From Wickerhamiella versatilis (Eukaryota): 64,000 nt of DNA. The stretch covers positions 2,418,001 through 2,482,000 of the forward strand of contig JAQOWU010000008.1 of NCBI GenBank assembly GCA_030867685.1. The letters are read 5' to 3'. This document shows positions 11,320-21,033 of the stretch, one piece after another (within the stretch, counting starts at the first letter, position 1; every line of letters begins with the position of its first letter). The notes beneath the pieces were generated by a model, which ran no database searches, was not told the origin of the DNA, and worked only from the letters and a program-made list of their open reading frames with translations. Made by a program: the position numbers and the translations under genes.

Positions 11320-12651
11320 CTATCTAAAGTTATAGTTCTTCTCTATCCACGAATTAAACATACGAGAAGCTGCCTCAGGCTGGTCATGGGGGACCATGTG
11401 ACCGGCATCAAAAACGCGCAAGAAAGTAAACTTGTCGTAGTTTGCAACTGTTCCAAACTGCTTATTGTTGTGATTCCAGCTCTGTGGGTTAGATATGGCG
11501 CTAGAAAACTGAGACTTCCCTGACCAGTCAAGATTGCGGGTCCACTGCTGGGTCCCTAGCCAGTTCAGGATAATGTCCTTGTCGCCATTGAAAGCAAGTA
11601 CAGCAACATCATTATTGAGCAGGTTGGTGACGTTTTTAGTGGTGAGATGGACACTATCATGAGCTCTTGTGAATCCTTCATTTATGTTATCATTGCAAAG
11701 TTGGTAATCCACACTGCTATCTGCACCTAGGGTCTGCTTGACGTCATTCCGGTTGAAAAAATCTTGAATGGTGTCCATATCTGGATAACAGAGGCCCGTT
11801 TTACTTTGAGCACAGGTGGAGTCCCTGATGTCATACGGGTTACGTCCCGAAAAGGATCGTTCGAGCATATTGCAGCTTAGCTGAATTGTATTGCAAAGGA
11901 GGTCGTTTCCATTTTCGCAGCTGGATATCGCATTGAGACACTGTCCTTGTGTTTCCTGCATCATATCACATTCCTGCTGATCTGCAACCTGGGGATAACC
12001 TCCTTGACCACACATCATGGGCTCGTATGCTGCGTATTGCGCATCGTCACTGACCTCACCATTGCCAATTAGAACGCTTTTAAGCTTGACTGGCTGCTCA
12101 GGGTCGTTAATCAAGCCATCAGCAAATACCGGTATATAGCGACCAGCATAACTTTCTCCCGCTATGTGGAAATCGCTTTTGGCATACTGAGGAAAACTAT
12201 GAAAGAATAGACGGGTGAAGGCCGCAAAATCTTGAGCAGCGGTTGTCGAAGACGTGACCGAATTACCCGTGGAATATCCAGCCCGAGCAGGCTGGTCCAG
12301 GTAGATAACATTTGCCTTGTTATTCCAAGACCACTGATTGCGATGCAAATTACCATCGCCATCCATATTGGAAGGTCCATTTTCGAAGAGGACAGCCTGA
12401 AGAGAGGAACATCCGGGCCCACCATTGAGCCATATCACTGTGGGGTCGCTGGAAGGATTAGAGCGTGATTCGAACATCCAATAGAATAAATGGTCTCCAC
12501 TGGGGGTATCAATGTATCCAGAATGTTGATTCACATTGTCGACCTTCAACGATGTGGGGTCCATAGCGGAAAGTACATATCCTGGGGCCGACTCATGGGA
12601 AAATAAGCGTTGGGCCAATGCAAGAGAGAGTAAACAAGATTGGAGCAACAT
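11320..12651 (-). CDS. Serine carboxypeptidase S10 (carboxypeptidase Y-like)
   Basis: Signal peptide; WLNGGPGCSS, GESYAG (Ser), GDKD (Asp) and AGHMVP (His). ATG is at 12651; the ORF track starts at GTG. Confidence 0.93.
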   Translation of the reverse strand: MLLQSCLLSLALAQRLFSHESAPGYVLSAMDPTSLKVDNVNQHSGYIDTPSGDHLFYWMFESRSNPSSDPTVIWLNGGPGCSSLQAVLFENGPSNMDGDGNLHRNQWSWNNKANVIYLDQPARAGYSTGNSVTSSTTAAQDFAAFTRLFFHSFPQYAKSDFHIAGESYAGRYIPVFADGLINDPEQPVKLKSVLIGNGEVSDDAQYAAYEPMMCGQGGYPQVADQQECDMMQETQGQCLNAISSCENGNDLLCNTIQLSCNMLERSFSGRNPYDIRDSTCAQSKTGLCYPDMDTIQDFFNRNDVKQTLGADSSVDYQLCNDNINEGFTRAHDSVHLTTKNVTNLLNNDVAVLAFNGDKDIILNWLGTQQWTRNLDWSGKSQFSSAISNPQSWNHNNKQFGTVANYDKFTFLRVFDAGHMVPHDQPEAASRMFNSWIEKNYNFR

Positions 12652-12905
12652 AGTTCCCACTTTTCCCAGCGGGAAGCTGGTACTATATATTTAACATAAG
12701 ATATTCATTTCTTTATGTAACTTTAATTTCGTCTTAGTTTCCCTGTGACATATGACTTAATAGAGTTCTAACCGACTGTTTGCAAAGAGATAGGGAGTCA
12801 TCTCTATTTTTGATGAGGCCTGGAACCATACACACATCCTGCCGCATAACCCCACTCCCCATCAAAGCATCTTCCATTATAAAGTTAAGAAACGATGAAG
12901 AATAA

Positions 12906-14024
12906 CTACTCCTCATCTCCATGCTCGAAGAGGTAATTCGCAGTTATTTCTTCATTTTTATCGCACGCGAAATAAGCCTGAATAACAAGCGAGCGATCGA
13001 ATCCTAATTCAACTAGCCTCGAAATAGCCTCATTTTCTTCCGGTGTAATTTGAATTACTTGCTCGGGAAGTGACCCATGCTCGGCCCCGCTATCGCTCAA
13101 TAGATCATCAGCATCAATATCGTCACCGCTAAGTAGGGAGCGCGAGGCTATCCAACGAAGAAAGGCCTCCAGATTCTGCGTGATCACCTCGCCCACTTGA
13201 GGGTTTTGCTGGATGAGGGGCTCGATGATGGATGCTATATGCCGGGGATTTTCGGCAGACAGTTGACGGAGCTGCTCAACCTGTTGGTCATCGAGATTAA
13301 GAAGCTGCTGGAAATCCGGTTCCTGCTCCTCACCTGCGGCTGCAACATCGAACAGGTTGACATCGGTGGTGTCCTCCTGTCCCGTCGGCGCCTGCACTGA
13401 AGATTCCCGAGGCGACGGCTCCGTGGTTGGCTCGGGAACACTCTCTGGCTCCTCACTCACTTCGGGTATATCTCCGTTCAACAAATACTCGACAGCACGG
13501 TCGGGATTATTGAATGCACGACGCATAGCCAGCAGGACCTGCCCGCGGGGGTATCCCAGCTCCATTATGTTTGCCACTGTCGCATCAAGCTGCGAGCCGG
13601 TTGCAAAGGCCGATGGGTCGTTGAATGCTGCTGGCACTGCCGGCGCACTTGCCCCGCCCTGGGGCTGACTTGGCTCACTGGAAGGCCCAGTTCGTGGCGC
13701 TGCCGACTCTGGGGCAGGCGTGGGAGTGGTACCTGCCACAGGAGCTTCAGGGGCTGGTGCTGGTGCTGGTGCTGGTGCTGATTTTGGCTTGACCTTAGAT
13801 TTTGATACCATGCAGACTATATAGTCCTTTCCCTCATTATAGTTCAAGCTTTCGACCACATCCGTGTCCTTAAGGATCTTCCCCGAATAAATCAATTTTT
13901 GCTGCGAGTTCTCACTGAGACCCCGAATTTCGGCATTTAACTCCTTCACATGAGCTACAGTAGCGGTGCTTTCTACTTCTATGGACCACTTGTTGTGCTT
14001 GAGGTCATGCAATTCAAGCTTCAT
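12906..14024 (-). CDS. RAD23: UBL-UBA proteasome shuttle / nucleotide excision repair factor
   Basis: UBL (KLIYSGKIL), UBA1 (AMRRAFNNPDRAVEYLL), STI1-like region and UBA2 (QAYFACDKNEE..ANYL). The likely start is MKLELH at 14024. Confidence 0.93.
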   Translation of the reverse strand: MKLELHDLKHNKWSIEVESTATVAHVKELNAEIRGLSENSQQKLIYSGKILKDTDVVESLNYNEGKDYIVCMVSKSKVKPKSAPAPAPAPAPEAPVAGTTPTPAPESAAPRTGPSSEPSQPQGGASAPAVPAAFNDPSAFATGSQLDATVANIMELGYPRGQVLLAMRRAFNNPDRAVEYLLNGDIPEVSEEPESVPEPTTEPSPRESSVQAPTGQEDTTDVNLFDVAAAGEEQEPDFQQLLNLDDQQVEQLRQLSAENPRHIASIIEPLIQQNPQVGEVITQNLEAFLRWIASRSLLSGDDIDADDLLSDSGAEHGSLPEQVIQITPEENEAISRLVELGFDRSLVIQAYFACDKNEEITANYLFEHGDEE

Positions 14025-14094
14025 TAGCCCAGACTCAAGTGGTGTGATTATGTCACTTAAAATTTCGTTCGGCCACATTCTATGCCTAGAGAGT

Positions 14095-14427
14095 ATGACA
14101 AAGCGGGAAGTGTTCCATCAGTTTGTGTGGCAGTTCGTGGTCGTCCGGGCGTTCCAGACATTTATTATCTATTCAGTGTTTGATCTACTCCTTAAATGCC
14201 TGGGATGGTTCAATTTTTCCGTTTCTGGTCTACGCTGGGGTGTCAGGGCGTGGGGGTTTCACGCATATAACTCAATGTTCCCCGAATTTCTTGACGCCTG
14301 GAAACACCCCGAGGATCCCATGTCTGAACAACTATTTTGGCACGCTGTGACGGTTGTGTCCCTGGTCGGTGAGGGCTGGTGTTTGTATCATGTTGTCAGC
14401 TTGGTTTACCAAGCGCTTGCTCTCTAA
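14095..14427 (+). CDS. Possible small hydrophobic protein (110 aa)
   Basis: ATG at 14095, divergent from RAD23, with hydrophobic stretches; no family recognised and it may be non-coding. Confidence 0.3.
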   Translation: MTKREVFHQFVWQFVVVRAFQTFIIYSVFDLLLKCLGWFNFSVSGLRWGVRAWGFHAYNSMFPEFLDAWKHPEDPMSEQLFWHAVTVVSLVGEGWCLYHVVSLVYQALAL

Positions 14428-14786
14428 GACCTGCCAAATCATTCCCTGCCAGACCGATAACGATACCGTCCCGCATGCTGAGTGATCACAAAACCATATT
14501 AATGACTATCGTGGACCACATTGTACTGGTTGTGCTGGCTGTTCCTAGAATGTGATGCTTGCTGTATGGCCCAGACGGTAGAAATGACCTTTTGCTTGAC
14601 ATATACCATTTGTCCATAGATATTGTTAAAAATTTAATAGCCACTGCACAGCTTTAGAGTATAGCTCTCATTATATAGCGCTAGCTGCTGCCGCCAAGGC
14701 CTGGGACGGCACTGGTCGTGGTATGCCCAGACCACAACCCTAACCTATTACCCTAACCGGTACCCAAACTCCCAAAACCGTCGCGT

Positions 14787-15248
14787 ATGCTACCATCTTC
14801 ACTCCCGCCACTACACGACGCGATGGACCAGTCCGCATATACCCACTGGCAGGCACCTGAGGATGCCAAGCAACTCCCCGGTGATAACCAAATTGACCCA
14901 TCATTTCAACAGGCTGCGTACACCGCGGTACCTGCTGAGGCAGTGGCAGTGGCAGCTCAGCATGTTCCTGTTGATCAGCCACTGAGCCAGAGCCGCAGCC
15001 GTCGCCCGCTGTCTCAATCGAAGCGTGCGCAGCAAAATCGTGCCGCGCAACGGGCGTTCCGTCAACGCAAAGAAATGTACATCAAGGAACTAGAGTCGAA
15101 GGTGACTGAGCTGAAGACTCTGAAGGAGACGATGGAGACCCTTCGTGCCGAGAACCAGGAGCTTCGTGACTACATTTTGGCAATACAGAGCCGTTGGATA
15201 AATCAGCCGGGCGGAGTTCCAGTACCCCCTGCCTTACGATCTAGTTAA
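14787..15248 (+). CDS. Small bZIP transcription factor (KapC/Yap-like)
   Basis: Basic region RPLSQSKRAQQNRAAQRAFRQRKE followed by a leucine zipper. Confidence 0.88.
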   Translation: MLPSSLPPLHDAMDQSAYTHWQAPEDAKQLPGDNQIDPSFQQAAYTAVPAEAVAVAAQHVPVDQPLSQSRSRRPLSQSKRAQQNRAAQRAFRQRKEMYIKELESKVTELKTLKETMETLRAENQELRDYILAIQSRWINQPGGVPVPPALRSS

Positions 15249-15771
15249 TATTTTTTCTCGTAGCACCTCTCCCGCCTTCGCTTTTAGGTTAGTTAAGTTA
15301 CTTCTTAGTATTGAAATCGGCATCTGCCACTTTTGAACGCGTCGGCACGTAATATCTGAGACATCTTATTGAAATTCGCGGGTGCTGGATGCAGCCTTGA
15401 GTGACATATCATCAACAGAAGTAAGCTTATCGCGGCTTATCACCACTGTCGCTTAGTGTGTCGCTGACTGACTGCGTGCGGTGGATGCGAGGTTTTTAAT
15501 CTGGGACTCTAAGATTGATTACTTAGACCTTGCATTGAACTTTGCCGGCTGACATCTCATGCTTACTCTGGTGACTTAGTCCCTGGACAGCACCACAGTG
15601 TCGCACACCACCGGGTCAAACGGAAGGCAGCGCGAGTCCTAGAGCCGATACTATCGGAAGCACTTTGTGACATCTAATGGCATTATAGGGCAAAGAAAAT
15701 AAACATATACAATAGCAATAAATACGTTAACCCGGCAAATGGAATAGCACAGCGGCAGTGGCAGACACCAT

Positions 15772-17481
15772 TCACCTTATTGTCCGCTTTCCCTCGGCCA
15801 CTGCACGCTCCAATGACACAAACAGCCTGATCATGGCAATTTTCGGGTAGATTGTTCGCTCGCCGTCGAGCATCATTTCGGCCAACTGCTTTTCTGAGGG
15901 ATCGGACAAGATGTTCCAAAAGTCCCGGAGCCGGATTTTGGGCCACACCGTCACCGAACCCTGGAACTGCTGAAGAAAAACATTAGACCAATCCTGGTTC
16001 ATTATGCGGGGGATGAGTTGTAGATTTCGTAAGAGTTTGAGGCATTTCTTGATCTCCAGCTTGACTGACGATTCGAAGGCGGTACACAGGAACCCCCCAC
16101 GGTATCGCGAGGTCGAGTATTTATGTGAGACTGGACGACCTACCTGGCCACGAGGTAAATACGCAAAGAGCTTGATATGGGGATTTACCTGGGAAACGAT
16201 TGAGAAGTTCACATTGAAGTACGTATTCAGGGCAGCCACGGGGATATCTGTACGGAGCGATCCATCCTTCCACTTAGAACCAAACGAGTAGGGCATGTAG
16301 CGACCATCGTGGGTTTTCATGAGGAGTGGTATGGGATTGAGTATTCCTGGCACGGCAGCAGATGCTAGAAGTGCAGACCAAATCACGCAGTCAGGAGATG
16401 TGACGTGATTGCACAGAATGGCCGGGCTGTTGGGGTCCGCAGGCACTGTGGAGATATTAAGGATCTTTCCCGTCCGCCTGTAAGCTTCCCCAAAGGTCAT
16501 GTCACCCAGAGTTATCCATCTGCACCGTCGTGCCCAATCAAGAGCGTCGAATCGGGCGCCTGTGCGCCACCACCTTAGAACCCAGGCCGGAAACGGCTCC
16601 CAGCATGCTGTCAGGTGTTGGGCTAAACCAGGATTCAAGACAGCTTTCAATTCAGCATCCGTACGGGTGCACACAAGAGCTGCAACCAAGCCACCCCCGC
16701 TTGTGCCACTTATGATAGTGGGCAGCAAATCCTCGTCCAATAAGGCCTTCACAACTCCAAAGTGGCGATAGGCAAACGACGCACCACCACTGAGACACAG
16801 CGCAGAATGGCCCAGGTTCTTGTCGAAACTGGAGAATAACAGTTTCTTAGTGGCTGACGACAACTTCTTACTCTTTTCAATTCGCTTGATGCCTTCGATT
16901 AATGTTTCATGAAAGAGCAATACCCGCTCCTTCGTCCCTGAATATGTCTGAGAGTATAGAAATGGATTATGAACTCCGGCAAAGTTATACTTGAGGCAGG
17001 TTTGAATGTATATAGCCAGCTGCTCATCATCATCGCCGACTGCGCGCATTTGGCCAAGCATTCTATCCACTTGCAACCAGTCATAATATGAAGACTTTGG
17101 CTCGGATTTCCAGGACTGCAGGCCCAAGTATTTATCGAGCTTCAGCGCCGCAGCAAGCCATTCCTCGTACGACTCTGCACTGCGCAAGCCCTCTCGTACC
17201 AAGCGCCGGCGGCCAGTCCAAATAAAGAATCGTTCACTGAGCGATACATACAGACGAATAAGAAAGTAGAACTGAAGGAGAAACGTGATCCAGAGCACAA
17301 GTATTACTAGAACGGGCCACCTTAACACCTTATATCCAATTCCACCGTTGTCATCCTCAATGTCCTTGTGGGCAGACAGAGGTGCCCAATCATTCAATGA
17401 GACCACTCTAGTAGAGGCTGTATCCTCAAGCGCTCGCTGGAAGGCGACAATAGCTGGAGGCTCAGGCTCCGTCGCACCCAT
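15772..17481 (-). CDS. Patatin-like phospholipase / TAG lipase (Tgl3/4/5 family)
   Basis: LSGGASFA glycine loop, GTSGG nucleophile, ASAAVPG, WKDGS, SQVNPH and an N-terminal TM segment. Confidence 0.9.
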   Translation of the reverse strand: MGATEPEPPAIVAFQRALEDTASTRVVSLNDWAPLSAHKDIEDDNGGIGYKVLRWPVLVILVLWITFLLQFYFLIRLYVSLSERFFIWTGRRRLVREGLRSAESYEEWLAAALKLDKYLGLQSWKSEPKSSYYDWLQVDRMLGQMRAVGDDDEQLAIYIQTCLKYNFAGVHNPFLYSQTYSGTKERVLLFHETLIEGIKRIEKSKKLSSATKKLLFSSFDKNLGHSALCLSGGASFAYRHFGVVKALLDEDLLPTIISGTSGGGLVAALVCTRTDAELKAVLNPGLAQHLTACWEPFPAWVLRWWRTGARFDALDWARRCRWITLGDMTFGEAYRRTGKILNISTVPADPNSPAILCNHVTSPDCVIWSALLASAAVPGILNPIPLLMKTHDGRYMPYSFGSKWKDGSLRTDIPVAALNTYFNVNFSIVSQVNPHIKLFAYLPRGQVGRPVSHKYSTSRYRGGFLCTAFESSVKLEIKKCLKLLRNLQLIPRIMNQDWSNVFLQQFQGSVTVWPKIRLRDFWNILSDPSEKQLAEMMLDGERTIYPKIAMIRLFVSLERAVAEGKRTIR

Positions 17482-17924
17482 GTGAATAACTAAGATATTA
17501 CTCTATTAAGAATCGTGCTGAATGCCTAGTTGAAGTGGCCAGTTCCAGATCCAAAGGGCATACAGAACTTGCTACCAGTGAAATAGTATCCAGGAAATTT
17601 CAAAACCAGAGTAAACCGAAACCAAAACCACGGGAAAAGTGGAGATCTGACATAATTATTTACGTCCGGTACTCGGGCATAAGTTGACCAGATATATGCG
17701 TATAAACTTGTAAGAAACCATTGATCATTTCCTAGTCCAAAATCGATACTCTGTGTTCCGAGAGCAAAGCTCAATTCCTACAAGCCTGAAATTATATTTT
17801 TTGATTTCGGTTAGCCGAATCACGTCATATATGCATCTGTGAAACACCCGAGCTTATTAACAACAAGGTGAGTACCTCTATAGTTATTTTATCACTCGTT
17901 CACCGTATTTTTTGAGTTTACGAC

Positions 17925-18923
17925 ATGGAGGACCTTGGGCCTGCGACACGTTTTTACTGTCACTGGGATTCCCATTCGGATGAAGTTCCGTCATTCATGT
18001 CTGAATTAGAACTTGATATGCATATTCGGGATATTCATTTTGCATCACCACCCGAGGACGATTTGACACAATGCCACTGGGATGCATGCCATGAGCTAAT
18101 AGGACTGGATAGTTTTATGGATCATTACAAAAACTCTCACCAAGAGCAAGCGGTGCGTCCCCATGACTGCTGTGAGCCTGGTGCAACCTCACAGCACACG
18201 GAACCATACGTTCGGGTGCACACGCCCTCTACACTAAAATCAGCACAGCCATTTAATTTGCCCTCCCTTGCAGATGTTCCTCAGGCGCAATCTCCAGAAT
18301 TTGGTGGGGTCTGCCAATGGGAAATTGAGCCCGGTAAAATATGCGGCCACGTTTTTGACATGAGCCAGGATTTGAATACGCACATTGCAGCGGAACATAT
18401 TGGCAGTGGTAAAAGCAAGTATGTGTGCCACTGGCGTGGATGTAGTCGTAATTGCCGCCCTTTTTCCCAACGTCAAAAAATATTACGACACCTTCAAACT
18501 CATGCGCGGAATTGCAGCCACAAATGCTACATATGCGGCCATGCGTTTGCCGAGGAGTCAATTTTGAAAGCTCATATGCGTATACATTCGGGTGAGAGGC
18601 CGTTCAAATGTGATATATGCAGTAAGTCTTTTGCCTCCAGCTCTGCCTTGACTTTACATAGGAGGACGCACACAGGAGAGAAACCACTTCAATGCAGGTT
18701 TCCTGGATGCGGCAAGCGTTTTGCCGAATCCTCAAATCTTACCAAACACATGCGTGTACACATGGAACGACAATATGTATGTGAGATCTGTGAACATAAG
18801 TTCACGAGACGTGACCAGCTACAACGCCATAAGCAAAAATGTCATGACGAAATCCCGCGCCAGCTGCCGAAATCAGAAGAATTTCAATCGCAAATTTCTG
18901 GCTTTCCCATGATGCATGTCTAA
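17925..18923 (+). CDS. Multi-C2H2 zinc-finger transcription factor, Zap1/ZafA-like
   Basis: Two N-terminal CxW-type fingers and a C-terminal array of C2H2 fingers with SGERPF/TGEKP linkers; FSQRQKILRH and FAESSNLTKH. Confidence 0.8.
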   Translation: MEDLGPATRFYCHWDSHSDEVPSFMSELELDMHIRDIHFASPPEDDLTQCHWDACHELIGLDSFMDHYKNSHQEQAVRPHDCCEPGATSQHTEPYVRVHTPSTLKSAQPFNLPSLADVPQAQSPEFGGVCQWEIEPGKICGHVFDMSQDLNTHIAAEHIGSGKSKYVCHWRGCSRNCRPFSQRQKILRHLQTHARNCSHKCYICGHAFAEESILKAHMRIHSGERPFKCDICSKSFASSSALTLHRRTHTGEKPLQCRFPGCGKRFAESSNLTKHMRVHMERQYVCEICEHKFTRRDQLQRHKQKCHDEIPRQLPKSEEFQSQISGFPMMHV

Positions 18924-19190
18924 TTTTGGTAAAAAATCAAAGTGTTCTGGTTTTTTGGCCGTTGGCTCAGATTAAGGCTATTTCTTAAATTCTTACATGT
19001 GAATATTGTTCCTATTTGGTTAGGACCTAAAAAACAAACTAACTTAACTTTATTAGCACAATCAATGTCATTCCATTAAATCACTCTTTTTTATTTATTA
19101 TTGATACCCATACTAGATGTTGGGTCTGTTATTGCTATGGGAGAGAAGGCAGCTTGTAGTAGTAATCGACTGAAACGCATATAAGCTTCG

Positions 19191-19967
19191 ATGGGCAAGA
19201 AAAAAAATGTGGCTAAAGTGAGAGCTGAGCAGCCTCCACCACAGGAGGAAAATTCTCTAGGTGATGACACTCTCGACCAGATGCTGGCGGAAATTCAGGA
19301 TGAGTTTGTTGATGCCCCGCCGGGGCCTGTCCCTAAGGAATCAGAGGTGACACCAACCTCGACAGTGGCAGACAATCCAGTAGGCAGTGGGACAAAAAAG
19401 CGTAATCGTCGGAAGGAGAAAATACAACAGCGGGAGGCGGAACGGGCAAAGAGTATTCAAGAAGCTGAAGCTGAAGCCCAGTCAGCCCCTGATAAAAGAC
19501 AGATCGAAATCGATGCACTGGCCAAGATCGAATCAGAAAATGGTCTGAAAGAATTTCAAGTTGAGCCGGATGGACATTGCTTGTTCCATTCAATTGCAGA
19601 TCAACTGGAACAAAGATATGGCATTAAGGAGCCAGCATCGAGTCTGCGCTCCAAGGCCGCTCAAATTATCCGAGAGAACCGCGATTTGTTTGCACCTTAT
19701 CTTCTTGATGAAGCAAGTGGCAATGTCAGGGATGCGGAAGATTATGCCAAGGAATTGGAAGATACTGCGATGTGGGGAGGTGATCTTGAGATCATTGCCC
19801 TTTCCAAAGCATATAAGTGCCCTATTCGGATATATTTCGGCTTCCAGCCCACGCTAACAATCAACAAAGATTTTGAGGGGGAAAGTTTGAATATTTCATA
19901 TCATAGAAGCATGTACGGATTGGGCGCACATTATAATTCTCTACGTGACATTAAAAAAGATAATTAG
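19191..19967 (+). CDS. OTU2: OTU-domain deubiquitinase
   Basis: PDGHCLF, WGGDLEI and GLGAHYNSLR. Confidence 0.88.
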   Translation: MGKKKNVAKVRAEQPPPQEENSLGDDTLDQMLAEIQDEFVDAPPGPVPKESEVTPTSTVADNPVGSGTKKRNRRKEKIQQREAERAKSIQEAEAEAQSAPDKRQIEIDALAKIESENGLKEFQVEPDGHCLFHSIADQLEQRYGIKEPASSLRSKAAQIIRENRDLFAPYLLDEASGNVRDAEDYAKELEDTAMWGGDLEIIALSKAYKCPIRIYFGFQPTLTINKDFEGESLNISYHRSMYGLGAHYNSLRDIKKDN

Positions 19968-20137
19968 GTTAAACAGCATTTACATCCAAAAAGCAGTACA
20001 AAGCTATAAGGCTCTGTTTATCACACTCTGAGCCTACCCTCCTACGTCAGCAGGATAATCACTCCGTGGCCCGTCTCCGGCTCCCCCAGCACCTATTACT
20101 ACTCCCACCTCTCTCATCTTTGCCTCGGCGTGCGGTT

Positions 20138-20980
20138 ATGATTAAAGTCGGATATATCCCAGAGCATTTCAGTGCCCCCATGTTTCTGGCTCGCGAACAG
20201 GGCTGGCTAGATGGCATTGAATTTTGCCCTTTTCCCAGTGGTTCTGGGCATCTCATTCAGAGTTTGACTACTGGAGAAATAGATATTGCAGTGGGTCTCA
20301 CAGAGGCGTTTGTAAGAGCTATCGCTGCAGGAAACGAATCGTATAAAATAGCCGGTTGTTACGTCCAGAGCCCTCTCCGGTGGGCTATTTCTACCGGTGC
20401 CAAGCGCGACGATCTACCCGATGGTGCCAACCTTGAAGGTAAGAAGTGCGGTGTGAGCCGTATCGGGTCTGGAAGTGATGTAATGGCTCGAGTGCTAGCT
20501 CTACAGCGTCACTACGTAAAGCCATTTGAATTTGTCGTGAACCATACATTTGCGCAACTTCGGGATGGAGTAAACCATACCGGGGACGCCAAAGAATGCG
20601 ATTTCTTCATGTGGGAACATTTCACCACCAAAAAATATTGGGACATTGGCGAAATCAAACGTATAGGGGAAATTTTCACGCCTTGGCCTTCCTGGGTCGT
20701 AACGGCTCGCACAGGAATTTTGGGCAGTGAAGACTTGAAAAGGTTTTTGGAAGGCACAAGCAAAGGAATAAACTACTTTAACGAGAATCCAGAGAAGGCC
20801 ATTAAGTGGATAACTTCAAATTTAGATTATACCGAGGACGACGCACGGGCTTGGCTTAGCACCGTAAATTTCGGGGACCCCCACCACATTGATCCTCAAA
20901 TCATTTCTAAAACAGTGGATGTTCTTAAATACGCCGCCAATCTACCGGAAGGGGCTGAAAAATTGACCTATATAGCTTGA
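20138..20980 (+). CDS. Periplasmic-binding-protein-fold protein (SsuA/NMT1-like, Ca3427 family)
   Basis: KVGYIPEHFS, DIAVGLTE, GVSRIGSGS, FMWEHFTTK and TPWPSW; ATG at 20138. Confidence 0.8.
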   Translation: MIKVGYIPEHFSAPMFLAREQGWLDGIEFCPFPSGSGHLIQSLTTGEIDIAVGLTEAFVRAIAAGNESYKIAGCYVQSPLRWAISTGAKRDDLPDGANLEGKKCGVSRIGSGSDVMARVLALQRHYVKPFEFVVNHTFAQLRDGVNHTGDAKECDFFMWEHFTTKKYWDIGEIKRIGEIFTPWPSWVVTARTGILGSEDLKRFLEGTSKGINYFNENPEKAIKWITSNLDYTEDDARAWLSTVNFGDPHHIDPQIISKTVDVLKYAANLPEGAEKLTYIA

Positions 20981-21033
20981 GGATTACCTATTATTATTAC
21001 ACACATATATTTATATTATATTTTATATGGCGT

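Noticed and set aside
13750-13780. (GGTGCT)n hexamer repeat
   Set aside because: It encodes the ordinary Ala-Pro linker of Rad23.
14277-14292. Minus-strand GAAATTCGGGGAAC resembling RNase P RNA CR-I (also GAAATTCG at 15371)
   Set aside because: I could not find a matching CR-V/P4 partner strand or a CR-IV motif downstream.
14437-14500. snR30/U17-like AAACCAT motif
   Set aside because: There is no proper m1 motif (ATATTCCTA) and no correctly spaced ACA box.
17868-17924. GTGAGT donor-like site upstream of the zinc-finger gene
   Set aside because: No recognisable branch point precedes an AG, so an intron cannot be supported.
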